Shown here one piece after another: positions 11,701-26,900 of a DNA stretch of 64,000 bases. Position 1 is the stretch's first letter. Every line of letters starts with the position of its first letter. The stretch is taken from the NCBI GenBank assembly GCA_964057225.1, contig CAXKVF010000093.1, positions 62,001-126,000 of the forward strand. Direction: 5' to 3'. The stretch comes from Auanema rhodensis (lineage: Eukaryota; Animalia; Nematoda). The notes under the pieces are model-generated. The model was not told where the DNA came from. It saw only the letters and a program-made list of their open reading frames with translations, and did not search any database. The position numbers and the translations under genes are program-made.

Positions 11701-14248
11701 TACCATGAACCAATATCAATAAAAATTTGTTTTTAGACTAATATGGACATGGGGAATCTAATTTTGAAAACCGCATCTCTTTATCTTTCACGTGAAGCGA
11801 GTTACATACCAAGTGCACATCACGTGTACATTTAATTAGCATAAATTAAAGTTCACGTAAATTTCAAAGTCATGGTTACCATGCACCAATATCAATAAAA
11901 ATTTGTTTTTAGACTAATATGGACATGGGGAATCTAATTTTGAAAACCGCATCTCTTTATCTTTCACGTGAAGCGAGTTACATACCAAGTGCACATCACG
12001 TGTACATTTAATTAGCATAAATTAAAGTTCACGTAAATTTCAAAGTCATGGTTACCATGCACCAATATCAATAAAAATTTGTTTTTAAACTAATATGGAC
12101 ATGGGGAATCTAATTTTGAAAACCGCATCTCTTTATCTTTCACGTGAAGCGAGTTACATACCAAGTGCACATCACGTGTACATTTAATTAGCATAAATTA
12201 AAGTTCACGTAAATTTCAAAGTCATGGTTACCATGCACCAATATGAATAAAAATTTGTTTTTAGACTAATATGGACATGGGGAATCTAATTTTGAAAACC
12301 GCATCTCCTTATCTTTCACGTGAAGCGAGTTACATACCAAGTGCACATCACGTGTACATTTAATTAGCATAAATTAAAGTTCACGTAAATTTCAAAGTCA
12401 TGGTTACCATGCACCAATATCAATAAAAATTTGTTTTTAGACTAATATGGACATGGGGAATCTAATTTTGAAAACCGCATCTCTTTATCTTTCACGTGAA
12501 GCGAGTTACATACCAAGTGCACATCACGTGTACATTTAATTAGCATTAATTAAAGTTCACGTAAATTTCAAAGTCATGGTTACCATGAACCAATATCAAT
12601 AAAAATTTGTTTTTAGACTAATATGGACATGGGGAATCTAATTTTGAAAACCGCATCTCTTTATCTTTCACGTGAAGCGAGTTACATACCAAGTGCACAT
12701 CACGTGTACATTTAATTAGCATAAATTAAAGTTCACGTAAATTTCAAAGTCATGGTTACCATGAACCAATATCAATAAAAATTTGTTTTTAGACTAATAT
12801 GGACATGGGGAATCTAATTTTGAAAACCGCATCTCTTTATCTTTCACGTGAAGCGAGTTACATACTAAGTGCACATCACGTGTACATTTAATTAGCATAA
12901 ATTAAAGTTCACGTAAATTTCAAAGTCATGGTTACCATGAACCAATATCAATAAAAATTTGTTTTTAGACTAATATGGACATGGGGAATCTAATTTTGAA
13001 AACCGCATCTCTTTATCTTTCACGTGAAGCGAGTTACATACCAAGTGCACATCACGTGTACATTTAATTAGCATAAATTAAAGTTCACGTAAATTTCAAA
13101 GTCATGGTTACCATGAACCAATATCAATAAAAATTTGTTTTTAGACTAATATGGACATGGGGAATCTAATTTTGAAAACCGCATCTCTTTATCTTTCACG
13201 TGAAGCGAGTTACATACCAAGTGCACATCACGTGTACATTTAATTAGCATAAATTAAAGTTCACGTAAATTTCAAAGTCATGGTTACCATGCACCAATAT
13301 CAATAAAAATTTGTTTTTAGACTAATATGGACATGGGGAATCTAATTTTGAAAACCGCATCTCTTTATCTTTCACGTGAAGCGAGTTACATACCAAGTGC
13401 ACATCACGTGTACATTTAATTAGCATAAATTAAAGTTCACGTAAATTTCAAAGTCATGGTTACCATGCACCAATATCAATAAAAATTTGTTTTTAGACTA
13501 ATATGGACATGGGGAATCTAATTTTGAAAACCGCATCTCTTTATCTCACACGTGAAGCGAGTTACATACCAAGTGCACATCACGTGTACATTTAATTAGC
13601 ATAAATTAAAGTTCACGTAAATTTCAAAGTCATGGTTACCATGCACCAATATCAATAAAAATTTGTTTTTAGACTAATATGGACATGGGGAATCTAATTT
13701 TGAAAACCGCATCTCTTTATCTTTCACGTGAAGCGAGTTACATACCAAGTGCACATCACGTGTACATTTAATTAGCATAAATTAAAGTTCACGTAAATTT
13801 CAAAGTCATGGTTACCATGCACCAATATCAATAAAAATTTGTTTTTAGACTAATATGGACATGGGGAATCTAATTTTGAAAACCGCATCTCTTCATCTTT
13901 CACGTGAAGCGAGTTACATACCAAGTGAAGCGAGTTACATACCAAGTGCACATCACGTGTACATTTAATTAGCATAAATTAAAGTTCACGTAAATTTCAA
14001 AGTCATGGTTACCATGCACCAATATCAATAAAAATTTGTTTTTAGACTAATATGGACATGGGGAATCTAATTTTGAAAACCGCATCTCTTTATCTTTCAC
14101 GTGAAGCGAGTTACATACCAAGTGCACATCACGTGTACATTTAATTAGCATAAATTAAAGTTCACGTAAATTTCAAAGTCATGGTTACCATGAACCAATA
14201 TCAATAAAAATTTGTTTTTAGACTAATATGGACATGGGGAATCTAATT

Positions 14249-17200
14249 TTGAAAACCGCATCTCTTTATCTTTCACGTGAAGCGAGTTACATACCAAGTG
14301 CACATCACGTGTACATTTAATTAGCATAAATTAAAGTTCACGTAAATTTCAAAGTCATGGTTACCATACACCAATATCAATAAAAATTTGTTTTTAGACT
14401 AATATGGACATGGGGAATCTAATTTTGAAAACCGCATCTCTTTATCTTTCACGTGAAGCGAGTTACATACCAAGTGCACATCACGTGTACATTTAATTAG
14501 CATAAATTAAAGTTCACGTAAATTTCAAAGTCATGGTTACCATGCACCAATATCAATAAAAATTTGTTTTTAGACTAATATGGACATGGGGAATCTAATT
14601 TTGAAAACCGCATCTCTTCATCTTTCACGTGAAGCGAGTTACATACCAAGTGAAGCGAGTTACATACCAAGTGCACATCACGTGTACATTTAATTAGCAT
14701 AAATTAAAGTTCACGTAAATTTCAAAGTCATGGTTACCATGAACCAATATCAATAAAAATTTGTTTTTAGACTAATATGGACATGGGGAATCTAATTTTG
14801 AAAACCGCATCTCTTTATCTTTCACGTGAAGCGAGTTACATACCAAGTGCACATCACGTTTACATTTAATTAGCATAAATTAAAGTTCACGTAACTTTCA
14901 AAGTCATGGTTACCATGCACCAATATCAATAAAAATTTGTTTTTAGACTAATATGGACATGGGGAATCTAATTTTGAAAACCGCATCTCTTTATCATTCA
15001 CGTGAAGCGAGTTACATACCAAGTGCACATCACGTGTACATTTAATTAGCATAAATTAAAGTTCACGTAAATTTCAAAGTCATGGTTACCATGCACCAAT
15101 ATCAATAAAAATTTGTTTTTAGACTAATATGGACATGGGGAATCTAATTTTGAAAACCGCATCTCTTTATCTTTCACGTGAAGCGAGTTACATACCAAGT
15201 GCACATCACGTGTACATTTAATTAGCATAAATTAAAGTTCACGTAAATTTGAAAGTCATGGTTACCATGAACCAATATCAATAAAAATTTGTTTTTAGAC
15301 TAATATGGACATGGGGAATCTAATTTTGAAAACCGCATCTCTTTATCTTTCACGTGAAGCGAGTTACATACCAAGTGCACATCACGTGTACATTTAATTA
15401 GCATAAATTAAAGTTCACGTAAATTTCAAAGTCATGGTTACCATGAACCAATATCAATAAAAATTTGTTTTTAGACTAATATGGACATGGGGAATCTAAT
15501 TTTGAAAACCGCATCTCTTTATCTTTCACGTGAAGCGAGTTACATACCAAGTGCACATCACGTGTACATTTAATTAGCATAAATTAAAGTTCACGTAAAT
15601 TTCAAAGTCATGGTTACCATGCACCAATATCAATAAAAATTTGTTTTTAAACTAATATGGACATGGGGAATCTAATTTTGAAAACCGCATCTCTTTATCT
15701 TTCACGTGAAGCGAGTTACATACCAAGTGCACATCACGTGTACATTTAATTAGCATAAATTAAAGTTCACGTAAATTTCAAAGTCATGGTTACCATGCAC
15801 CAATATCAATAAAAATTTGTTTTTAGACTAATATGGACATGGGGAATCTAATTTTGAAAACCGCATCTCTTTATCTTTCACGTGAAGCGAGTTACATACC
15901 AAGTGCACATCACGTGTACATTTAATTAGCATAAATTAAAGTTCACGTAAATTTCAAAGTCATGGTTACCATGCACCAATATGAATAAAAATTTGTTTTT
16001 AGACTAATATGGACATGGGGAATCTAATTTTGAAAACCGCATCTCCTTATCTTTCACGTGAAGCGAGTTACATACCAAGTGCACATCACGTGTACATTTA
16101 ATTAGCATAAATTAAAGTTCACGTAAATTTCAAAGTCATGGTTACCATGCACCAATATCAATAAAAATTTGTTTTTAGACTAATATGGACATGGGGAATC
16201 TAATTTTGAAAACCGCATCTTTTTATCTTTCACGTGAAGCGAGTTACATACCAAGTGCACATCACGTGTACATTTAATTAGCATTAATTAAAGTTCACGT
16301 AAATTTCAAAGTCATGGTTACCATGAACCAATATCAATAAAAATTTGTTTTTAGACTAATATGGACATGGGGAATCTAATTTTGAAAACCGCATCTCTTT
16401 ATCTTTCACGTGAAGCGAGTTACATACCAAGTGCACATCACGTGTACATTTAATTAGCATAAATTAAAGTTCACGTAAATTTCAAAGTCATGGTTACCAT
16501 GAACCAATATCAATAAAAATTTGTTTTTAGACTAATATGGACATGGGGAATCTAATTTTGAAAACCGCATCTCTTTATCTTTCACGTGAAGCGAGTTACA
16601 TACCAAGTGCACATCACGTGTACATTTAATTAGCATAAATTAAAGTTCACGTAAATTTCAAAGTCATGGTTACCATGCACCAATATCAATAAAAATTTGT
16701 TTTTAGACTAATATGGACATGGGGAATCTAATTTTGAAAACCGCATCTCTTTATCTTTCACGTGAAGCGAGTTACATACCAAGTGCACATCACGTGTACA
16801 TTTAATTAGCATAAATTAAAGTTCACGTAAATTTCAAAGTCATGGTTACCATGCACCAATATCAATAAAAATTTGTTTTTAAACTAATATGGACATGGGG
16901 AATCTAATTTTGAAAACCGCATCTCTTTATCTTTCACGTGAAGCGAGTTACATACCAAGTGCACATCACGTGTACATTTAATTAGCATAAATTAAAGTTC
17001 ACGTAAATTTCAAAGTCATGGTTACCATGCACCAATATGAATAAAAATTTGTTTTTAGACTAATATGGACATGGGGAATCTAATTTTGAAAACCGCATCT
17101 CCTTATCTTTCACGTGAAGCGAGTTACATACCAAGTGCACATCACGTGTACATTTAATTAGCATAAATTAAAGTTCACGTAAATTTCAAAGTCATGGTTA

Positions 17201-17613
17201 CCATGCACCAATATCAATAAAAATTTGTTTTTAGACTAATATGGACATGGGGAATCTAATTTTGAAAACCGCATCTCTTTATCTTTCACGTGAAGCGAGT
17301 TACATACCAAGTGCACATCACGTGTACATTTAATTAGCATTAATTAAAGTTCACGTAAATTTCAAAGTCATGGTTACCATGAACCAATATCAATAAAAAT
17401 TTGTTTTTAGACTAATATGGACATGGGGAATCAAATTTTGAAAACCGCATCTCTTTATCTTTCACGTGAAGCGAGTTACATACCAAGTGCACATCACGTG
17501 TACATTTAATTAGCATAAATTAAAGTTCACGTAAATTTCAAAGTCATGGTTACCATGAACCAATATCAATAAAAATTTGTTTTTAGACTAATATGGACAT
17601 GGGGAATCTAATT
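14249..17613 (+). repeat. 19-monomer (3365-bp) higher-order repeat unit
   Basis: Ordered markers: long monomer, A98C, T23A, C102G, G149A, C130G, T17C, C16T+A80T, G149A, C130G, T17C, A80T. The same order occurs at 9455-12819 and 59892-63256. A rearranged copy starts at 17614 and another copy starts at 63257 and runs off the window. Long-to-long spacing is 3365 bp at both 14601-17966 and 60244-63609. Confidence 0.87.
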
Positions 17614-20600
17614 TTGAAAACCGCATCTCTTTATCTTTCACGTGAAGCGAGTTACATACCAAGTGCACATCACGTGTACATTTAATTAGCATAAATTAAA
17701 GTTCACGTAAATTTCAAAGTCATGGTTACCATGCACCAATATCAATAAAAATTTGTTTTTAGACTAATATGGACATGGGGAATCTAATTTTGAAAACCGC
17801 ATCTCTTTATCTTTCACGTGAAGCGAGTTACATACCAAGTGCACATCACGTGTACATTTAATTAGCATAAATTAAAGTTCACGTAAATTTCAAAGTCATG
17901 GTTACCATGCACCAATATCAATAAAAATTTGTTTTTAGACTAATATGGACATGGGGAATCTAATTTTGAAAACCGCATCTCTTCATCTTTCACGTGAAGC
18001 GAGTTACATACCAAGTGAAGCGAGTTACATACCAAGTGCACATCACGTGTACATTTAATTAGCATAAATTAAAGTTCACGTAAATTTCAAAGTCATGGTT
18101 ACCATGAACCAATATCAATAAAAATTTGTTTTTAGACTAATATGGACATGGGGAATCTAATTTTGAAAACCGCATCTCTTTATCTTTCACGTGAAGCGAG
18201 TTACATACCAAGTGCACATCACGTGTACATTTAATTAGCATAAATTAAAGTTCACGTAACTTTCAAAGTCATGGTTACCATGCACCAATATCAATAAAAA
18301 TTTGTTTTTAGACTAATATGGACATGGGGAATCTAATTTTGAAAACCGCATCTCTTTATCATTCACGTGAAGCGAGTTACATACCAAGTGCACATCACGT
18401 GTACATTTAATTAGCATAAATTAAAGTTCACGTAAATTTCAAAGTCATGGTTACCATGCACCAATATCAATAAAAATTTGTTTTTAGACTAATATGGACA
18501 TGGGGAATCTAATTTTGAAAACCGCATCTCTTTATCTTTCACGTGAAGCGAGTTACATACCAAGTGCACATCACGTGTACATTTAATTAGCATAAATTAA
18601 AGTTCACGTAAATTTGAAAGTCATGGTTACCATGAACCAATATCAATAAAAATTTGTTTTTAGACTAATATGGACATGGGGAATCTAATTTTGAAAACCG
18701 CATCTCTTTATCTTTCACGTGAAGCGAGTTACATACCAAGTGCACATCACGTGTACATTTAATTAGCATAAATTAAAGTTCACGTAAATTTCAAAGTCAT
18801 GGTTACCATGAACCAATATCAATAAAAATTTGTTTTTAGACTAATATGGACATGGGGAATCTAATTTTGAAAACCGCATCTCTTTATCTTTCACGTGAAG
18901 CGAGTTACATACCAAGTGCACATCACGTGTACATTTAATTAGCATAAATTAAAGTTCACGTAAATTTCAAAGTCATGGTTACCATGCACCAATATCAATA
19001 AAAATTTGTTTTTAAACTAATATGGACATGGGGAATCTAATTTTGAAAACCGCATCTCTTTATCTTTCACGTGAAGCGAGTTACATACCAAGTGCACATC
19101 ACGTGTACATTTAATTAGCATAAATTAAAGTTCACGTAAATTTCAAAGTCATGGTTACCATGCACCAATATCAATAAAAATTTGTTTTTAGACTAATATG
19201 GACATGGGGAATCTAATTTTGAAAACCGCATCTCTTTATCTTTCACGTGAAGCGAGTTACATACCAAGTGCACATCACGTGTACATTTAATTAGCATAAA
19301 TTAAAGTTCACGTAAATTTCAAAGTCATGGTTACCATGAACCAATATCAATAAAAATTTGTTTTTAGACTAATATGGACATGGGGAATCTAATTTTGAAA
19401 ACCGCATCTCTTTATCTTTCACGTGAAGCGAGTTACATACCAAGTGCACATCACGTGTACATTTAATTAGCATAAATTAAAGTTCACGTAAATTTCAAAG
19501 TCATGGTTACCATGCACCAATATCAATAAAAATTTGTTTTTAGACTAATATGGACATGGGGAATCTAATTTTGAAAACCGCATCTCTTTATCTTTCACGT
19601 GAAGCGAGTTACATACCAAGTGCACATCACGTGTACATTTAATTAGCATAAATTAAAGTTCACGTAAATTTCAAAGTCATGGTTACCATGCACCAATATC
19701 AATAAAAATTTGTTTTTAAACTAATATGGACATGGGGAATCTAATTTTGAAAACCGCATCTCCTTATCTTTCACGTGAAGCGAGTTACATACCAAGTGCA
19801 CATCACGTGTACATTTAATTAGCATAAATTAAAGTTCACGTAAATTTCAAAGTCATGGTTACCATGCACCAATATCAATAAAAATTTGTTTTTAGACTAA
19901 TATGGACATGGGGAATCTAATTTTGAAAACCGCATCTTTTTATCTTTCACGTGAAGCGAGTTACATACCAAGTGCACATCACGTGTACATTTAATTAGCA
20001 TTAATTAAAGTTCACGTAAATTTCAAAGTCATGGTTACCATGAACCAATATCAATAAAAATTTGTTTTTAGACTAATATGGACATGGGGAATCTAATTTT
20101 GAAAACCGCATCTCTTTATCTTTCACGTGAAGCGAGTTACATACCAAGTGCACATCACGTGTACATTTAATTAGCATAAATTAAAGTTCACGTAAATTTC
20201 AAAGTCATGGTTACCATGAACCAATATCAATAAAAATTTGTTTTTAGACTAATATGGACATGGGGAATCTAATTTTGAAAACCGCATCTCTTTATCTTTC
20301 ACGTGAAGCGAGTTACATACCAAGTGCACATCACGTGTACATTTAATTAGCATAAATTAAAGTTCACGTAAATTTCAAAGTCATGGTTACCATGCACCAA
20401 TATCAATAAAAATTTGTTTTTAGACTAATATGGACATGGGGAATCTAATTTTGAAAACCGCATCTCTTTATCTTTCACGTGAAGCGAGTTACATACCAAG
20501 TGCACATCACGTGTACATTTAATTAGCATAAATTAAAGTTCACGTAAATTTCAAAGTCATGGTTACCATGCACCAATATCAATAAAAATTTGTTTTTAAA

Positions 20601-23600
20601 CTAATATGGACATGGGGAATCTAATTTTGAAAACCGCATCTCTTTATCTTTCACGTGAAGCGAGTTACATACCAAGTGCACATCACGTGTACATTTAATT
20701 AGCATAAATTAAAGTTCACGTAAATTTCAAAGTCATGGTTACCATGCACCAATATGAATAAAAATTTGTTTTTAGACTAATATGGACATGGGGAATCTAA
20801 TTTTGAAAACCGCATCTCCTTATCTTTCACGTGAAGCGAGTTACATACCAAGTGCACATCACGTGTACATTTAATTAGCATAAATTAAAGTTCACGTAAA
20901 TTTCAAAGTCATGGTTACCATGCACCAATATCAATAAAAATTTGTTTTTAGACTAATATGGACATGGGGAATCTAATTTTGAAAACCGCATCTCTTTATC
21001 TTTCACGTGAAGCGAGTTACATACCAAGTGCACATCACGTGTACATTTAATTAGCATTAATTAAAGTTCACGTAAATTTCAAAGTCATGGTTACCATGAA
21101 CCAATATCAATAAAAATTTGTTTTTAGACTAATATGGACATGGGGAATCTAATTTTGAAAACCGCATCTCTTTATCTTTCACGTGAAGCGAGTTACATAC
21201 CAAGTGCACATCACGTGTACATTTAATTAGCATAAATTAAAGTTCACGTAAATTTCAAAGTCATGGTTACCATGCACCAATATCAATAAAAATTTGTTTT
21301 TAGACTAATATGGACATGGGGAATCTAATTTTGACAACCGCATCTCTTTATCTTTCACGTGAAGCGAGTTACATACTAAGTGCACATCACGTGTACATTT
21401 AATTAGCATAAATTAAAGTTCACGTAAATTTCAAAGTCATGGTTACCATGAACCAATATCAATAAAAATTTGTTTTTAGACTAATATGGACATGGGGAAT
21501 CTAATTTTGAAAACCGCATCTCTTTATCTTTCACGTGAAGCGAGTTACATACCAAGTGCACATCACGTGTACATTTAATTAGCATAAATTAAAGTTCACG
21601 TAAATTTCAAAGTCATGGTTACCATGAACCAATATCAATAAAAATTTGTTTTTAGACTAATATGGACATGGGGAATCTAATATTGAAAACCGCATCTCTT
21701 TATCTTTCACGTGAAGCGAGTTACATACCAAGTGCACATCACGTGTACATTTAATTAGCATAAATTAAAGTTCACGTAACTTTCAAAGTCATGGTTACCA
21801 TGCACCAATATCAATAAAAATTTGTTTTTAGACTAATATGGACATGGGGAATCTAATTTTGAAAACCGCATCTCTTTATCTTTCACGTGAAGCGAGTTAC
21901 ATACCAAGTGCACATCACGTGTACATTTAATTAGCATAAATTAAAGTTCACGTAAATTTCAAAGTCATGGTTACCATGCACCAATATCAATAAAAATTTG
22001 TTTTTAGACTAATATGGACATGGGGAATCTAATTTTGAAAACCGCATCTCTTTATCTTTCACGTGAAGCGAGTTACATACCAAGTGCACATCACGTGTAC
22101 ATTTAATTAGCATAAATTAAAGTTCACGTAAATTTCAAAGTCATGGTTACCATGAACCAATATCAATAAAAATTTGTTTTTAGACTAATATGGACATGGG
22201 GAATCTAATTTTGAAAACCGCATCTCTTTATCTTTCACGTGAAGCGAGTTACATACCAAGTGCACATCACGTGTACATTTAATTAGCATAAATTAAAGTT
22301 CACGTAAATTTCAAAGTCATGGTTACCATGCACCAATATCAATAAAAATTTGTTTTTAGACTAATATGGACATGGGGAATCTAATTTTGAAAACCGCATC
22401 TCTTTATCTTTCACGTGAAGCGAGTTACATACCAAGTGCACATCACGTGTACATTTAATTAGCATAAATTAAAGTTCACGTAAATTTCAAAGTCATGGTT
22501 ACCATGCACCAATATCAATAAAAATTTGTTTTTAGACTAATATGGACATGGGGAATCTAATTTTGAAAACCGCATCTCTTTATCTTTCACGTGAAGCGAG
22601 TTACATACCAAGTGCACATCACGTGTACATTTAATTAGCATAAATTAAAGTTCACGTAAATTTCAAAGTCATGGTTACCATGCACCAATATCAATAAAAA
22701 TTTGTTTTTAGACTAATATGGACATGGGGAATCTAATTTTGAAAACCGCATCTCTTCATCTTTCACGTGAAGCGAGTTACATACCAAGTGAAGCGAGTTA
22801 CATACCAAGTGCACATCACGTGTACATTTAATTAGCATAAATTAAAGTTCACGTAAATTTCAAAGTCATGGTTACCATGCACCAATATCAATAAAAATTT
22901 GTTTTTAGACTAATATGGACATGGGGAATCTAATTTTGAAAACCGCATCTCTTTATCTTTCACGTGAAGCGAGTTACATACCAAGTGCACATCACGTGTA
23001 CATTTAATTAGCATAAATTAAAGTTCACGTAAATTTCAAAGTCATGGTTACCATGAACCAATATCAATAAAAATTTGTTTTTAGACTAATATGGACATGG
23101 GGAATCTAATTTTGAAAACCGCATCTCTTTATCTTTCACGTGAAGCGAGTTACATACCAAGTGCACATCACGTGTACATTTAATTAGCATTAATTAAAGT
23201 TCACGTAAATTTCAAAGTCATGGTTACCATGAACCAATATCAATAAAAATTTGTTTTTAGACTAATATGGACATGGGGAATCTAATTTTGAAAATCGCAT
23301 CTCTTTATCTTTCACGTGAAGCGAGTTACATACCAAGTGCACATCACGTGTACATTTAATTAGCATAAATTAAAGTTCACGTAAATTTCAAAGTCATGGT
23401 TACCATGAACCAATATCAATAAAAATTTGTTTTTAGACTAATATGGACATGGGGAATCTAATTTTGAAAACCGCATCTCTTTATCTTTCACGTGAAGCGA
23501 GTTACATACCAAGTGCACATCACGTGTACATTTAATTAGCATAAATTAAAGTTCACGTAAATTTCAAAGTCATGGTTACCATGCACCAATATCAATAAAA

Positions 23601-23991
23601 ATTTGTTTTTAGACTAATATGGACATGGGGAATCTAATTTTGAAAACCGCATCTCTTTATCTTTCACGTGAAGCGAGTTACATACCAAGTGCACATCACG
23701 TGTACATTTAATTAGCATAAATTAAAGTTCACGTAAATTTCAAAGTCATGGTTACCATGCACCAATATCAATAAAAATTTGTTTTTAGACTAATATGGAC
23801 ATGGGGAATCTAATTTTGAAAACCGCATCTCTTTATCTTTCACGTGAAGCGAGTTACATACCAAGTGCACATCACGTGTACATTTAATTAGCATAAATTA
23901 AAGTTCACGTAAATTTCAAAGTCATGGTTACCATGCACCAATATCAATAAAAATTTGTTTTTAGACTAATATGGACATGGGGAATCTAATT

Positions 23992-26900
23992 TTGAAAACC
24001 GCATCTCTTCATCTTTCACGTGAAGCGAGTTACATACCAAGTGAAGCGAGTTACATACCAAGTGCACATCACGTGTACATTTAATTAGCATAAATTAAAG
24101 TTCACGTAAATTTCAAAGTCATGGTTACCATGCACCAATATCAATAAAAATTTGTTTTTAGACTAATATGGACATGGGGAATCTAATTTTGAAAACCGCA
24201 TCTCTTTATCTTTCACGTGAAGCGAGTTACATACCAAGTGCACATCACGTGTACATTTAATTAGCATAAATTAAAGTTCACGTAAATTTCAAAGTCATGG
24301 TTACCATGAACCAATATCAATAAAAATTTGTTTTTAGACTAATATGGACATGGGGAATCTAATTTTGAAAACCGCATCTCTTTATCTTTCACGTGAAGCG
24401 AGTTACATACCAAGTGCACATCACGTGTACATTTAATTAGCATTAATTAAAGTTCACGTAAATTTCAAAGTCATGGTTACCATGAACCAATATCAATAAA
24501 AATTTGTTTTTAGACTTATATGGACATGGGGAATCTAATTTTGAAAACCGCATCTCTTTATCTTTCACGTGAAGCGAGTTACATACCAAGTGCACATCAA
24601 GTGTACATTTAATTAGCATAAATTAAAGTTCACGTAAATTTCAAAGTCATGGTTACCATGAACCAATATCAATAAAAATTTGTTTTTAGACTAATATGGA
24701 CATGGGGAATCTAATTTTGAAAACCGCATCTCTTTATCTTTCACGTGAAGCGAGTTACATACCAAGTGCACATCACGTGTACATTTAATTAGCATAAATT
24801 AAAGTTCACGTAAATTTCAAAGTCATGGTTACCATGCACCAATATCAATAAAAATTTGTTTTTAGACTAATATGGACATGGGGAATCTAATTTTGAAAAC
24901 CGCATCTCTTTATCTTTCACGTGAAGCGAGTTACATACCAAGTGCACATCACGTGTACATTTAATTAGCATAAATTAAAGTTCACGTAAATTTCAAAGTC
25001 ATGGTTACCATGCACCAATATCAATAAAAATTTGTTTTTAGACTAATATGGACATGGGGAATCTAATTTTGAAAACCGCATCTCTTTATCTTTCACGTGA
25101 AGCGAGTTACATACCAAGTGCACATCACGTGTACATTTAATTAGCATAAATTAAAGTTCACGTAAATTTCAAAGTCATGGTTACCATGCACCAATATCAA
25201 TAAAAATTTGTTTTTAGACTAATATGGACATGGGGAATCTAATTTTGAAAACCGCATCTCTTTATCTTTGACGTGAAGCGAGTTACATACCAAGTGCACA
25301 TCACGTGTACATTTAATTAGCATAAATTAAAGTTCACGTAAATTTCAAAGTCATGGTTACCATGCACCAATATCAATAAAAATTTGTTTTTAGACTAATA
25401 TGGACATGGGGAATCTAATTTTGAAAACCGCATCTCTTCATCTTTCACGTGAAGCGAGTTACATACCAAGTGAAGCGAGTTACATACCAAGTGCACATCA
25501 CGTGTACATTTAATTAGCATAAATTAAAGTTCACGTAAATTTCAAAGTCATGGTTACCATGCACCAATATCAATAAAAATTTGTTTTTAGACTAATATGG
25601 ACATGGGGAATCTGATTTTGAAAACCGCATCTCTTTATCTTTCACGTGAAGCGAGTTACATACCAAGTGCACATCACGTGTACATTTAATTAGCATAAAT
25701 TAAAGTTCACGTAAATTTCAAAGTCATGGTTACCATGAACCAATATCAATAAAAATTTGTTTTTAGACTAATATGGACATGGGGAATCTAATTTTGAAAA
25801 CCGCATCTCTTTATCTTTCACGTGAAGCGAGTTACATACCAAGTGCACATCACGTGTACATTTAATTAGCATTAATTAAAGTTCACGTAAATTTCAAAGT
25901 CATGGTTACCATGAACCAATATCAATAAAAATTTGTTTTTAGACTAATATGGACATGGGGAATCTAATTTTGAAAACCGCATCTCTTTATCTTTCACGTG
26001 AAGCGAGTTACATACCAAGTGCACATCACGTGTACATTTAATTAGCATAAATTAAAGTTCACGTAAATTTCAAAGTCATGGTTACCATGAACCAATATCA
26101 ATAAAAATTTGTTTTTAGACTAATATGGACATGGGGAATCTAATTTTGAAAACCGCATCTCTTTATCTTTCACGTGAAGCGAGTTACATACCAAGTGCAC
26201 ATCACGTGTACATTTAATTAGCATAAATTAAAGTTCACGTAAATTTCAAAGTCATGGTTACCATGCACCAATATCAATAAAAATTTGTTTTTAGACTAAT
26301 ATGGACATGGGGAATCTAATTTTGAAAACCGCATCTCTTTATCTTTCACGTGAAGCGAGTTACATACTAAGTGCACATCACGTGTACATTTAATTAGCAT
26401 AAATTAAAGTTCACGTAAATTTCAAAGTCATGGTTACCATGAACCAATATCAATAAAAATTTGTTTTTAGACTAATATGGACATGGGGAATCTAATATTG
26501 AAAACCGCATCTCTTTATCTTTCACGTGAAGCGAGTTACATACCAAGTGCACATCACGTGTACATTTAATTAGCATAAATTAAAGTTCACGTAAATTTCA
26601 AAGTCATGGTTACCATGAACCAATATCAATAAAAATTTGTTTTTAGACTAATATGGACATGGGGAATCTAATATTGAAAACCGCATCTCTTTATCTTTCA
26701 CGTGAAGCGAGTTACATACCAAGTGCACATCACGTGTACATTTAATTAGCATAAATTAAAGTTCACGTAACTTTCAAAGTCATGGTTACCATGCACCAAT
26801 ATCAATAAAAATTTGTTTTTAGACTAATATGGACATGGGGAATCTAATTTTGAAAACCGCATCTCTTTATCTTTCACGTGAAGCGAGTTACATACCAAGT

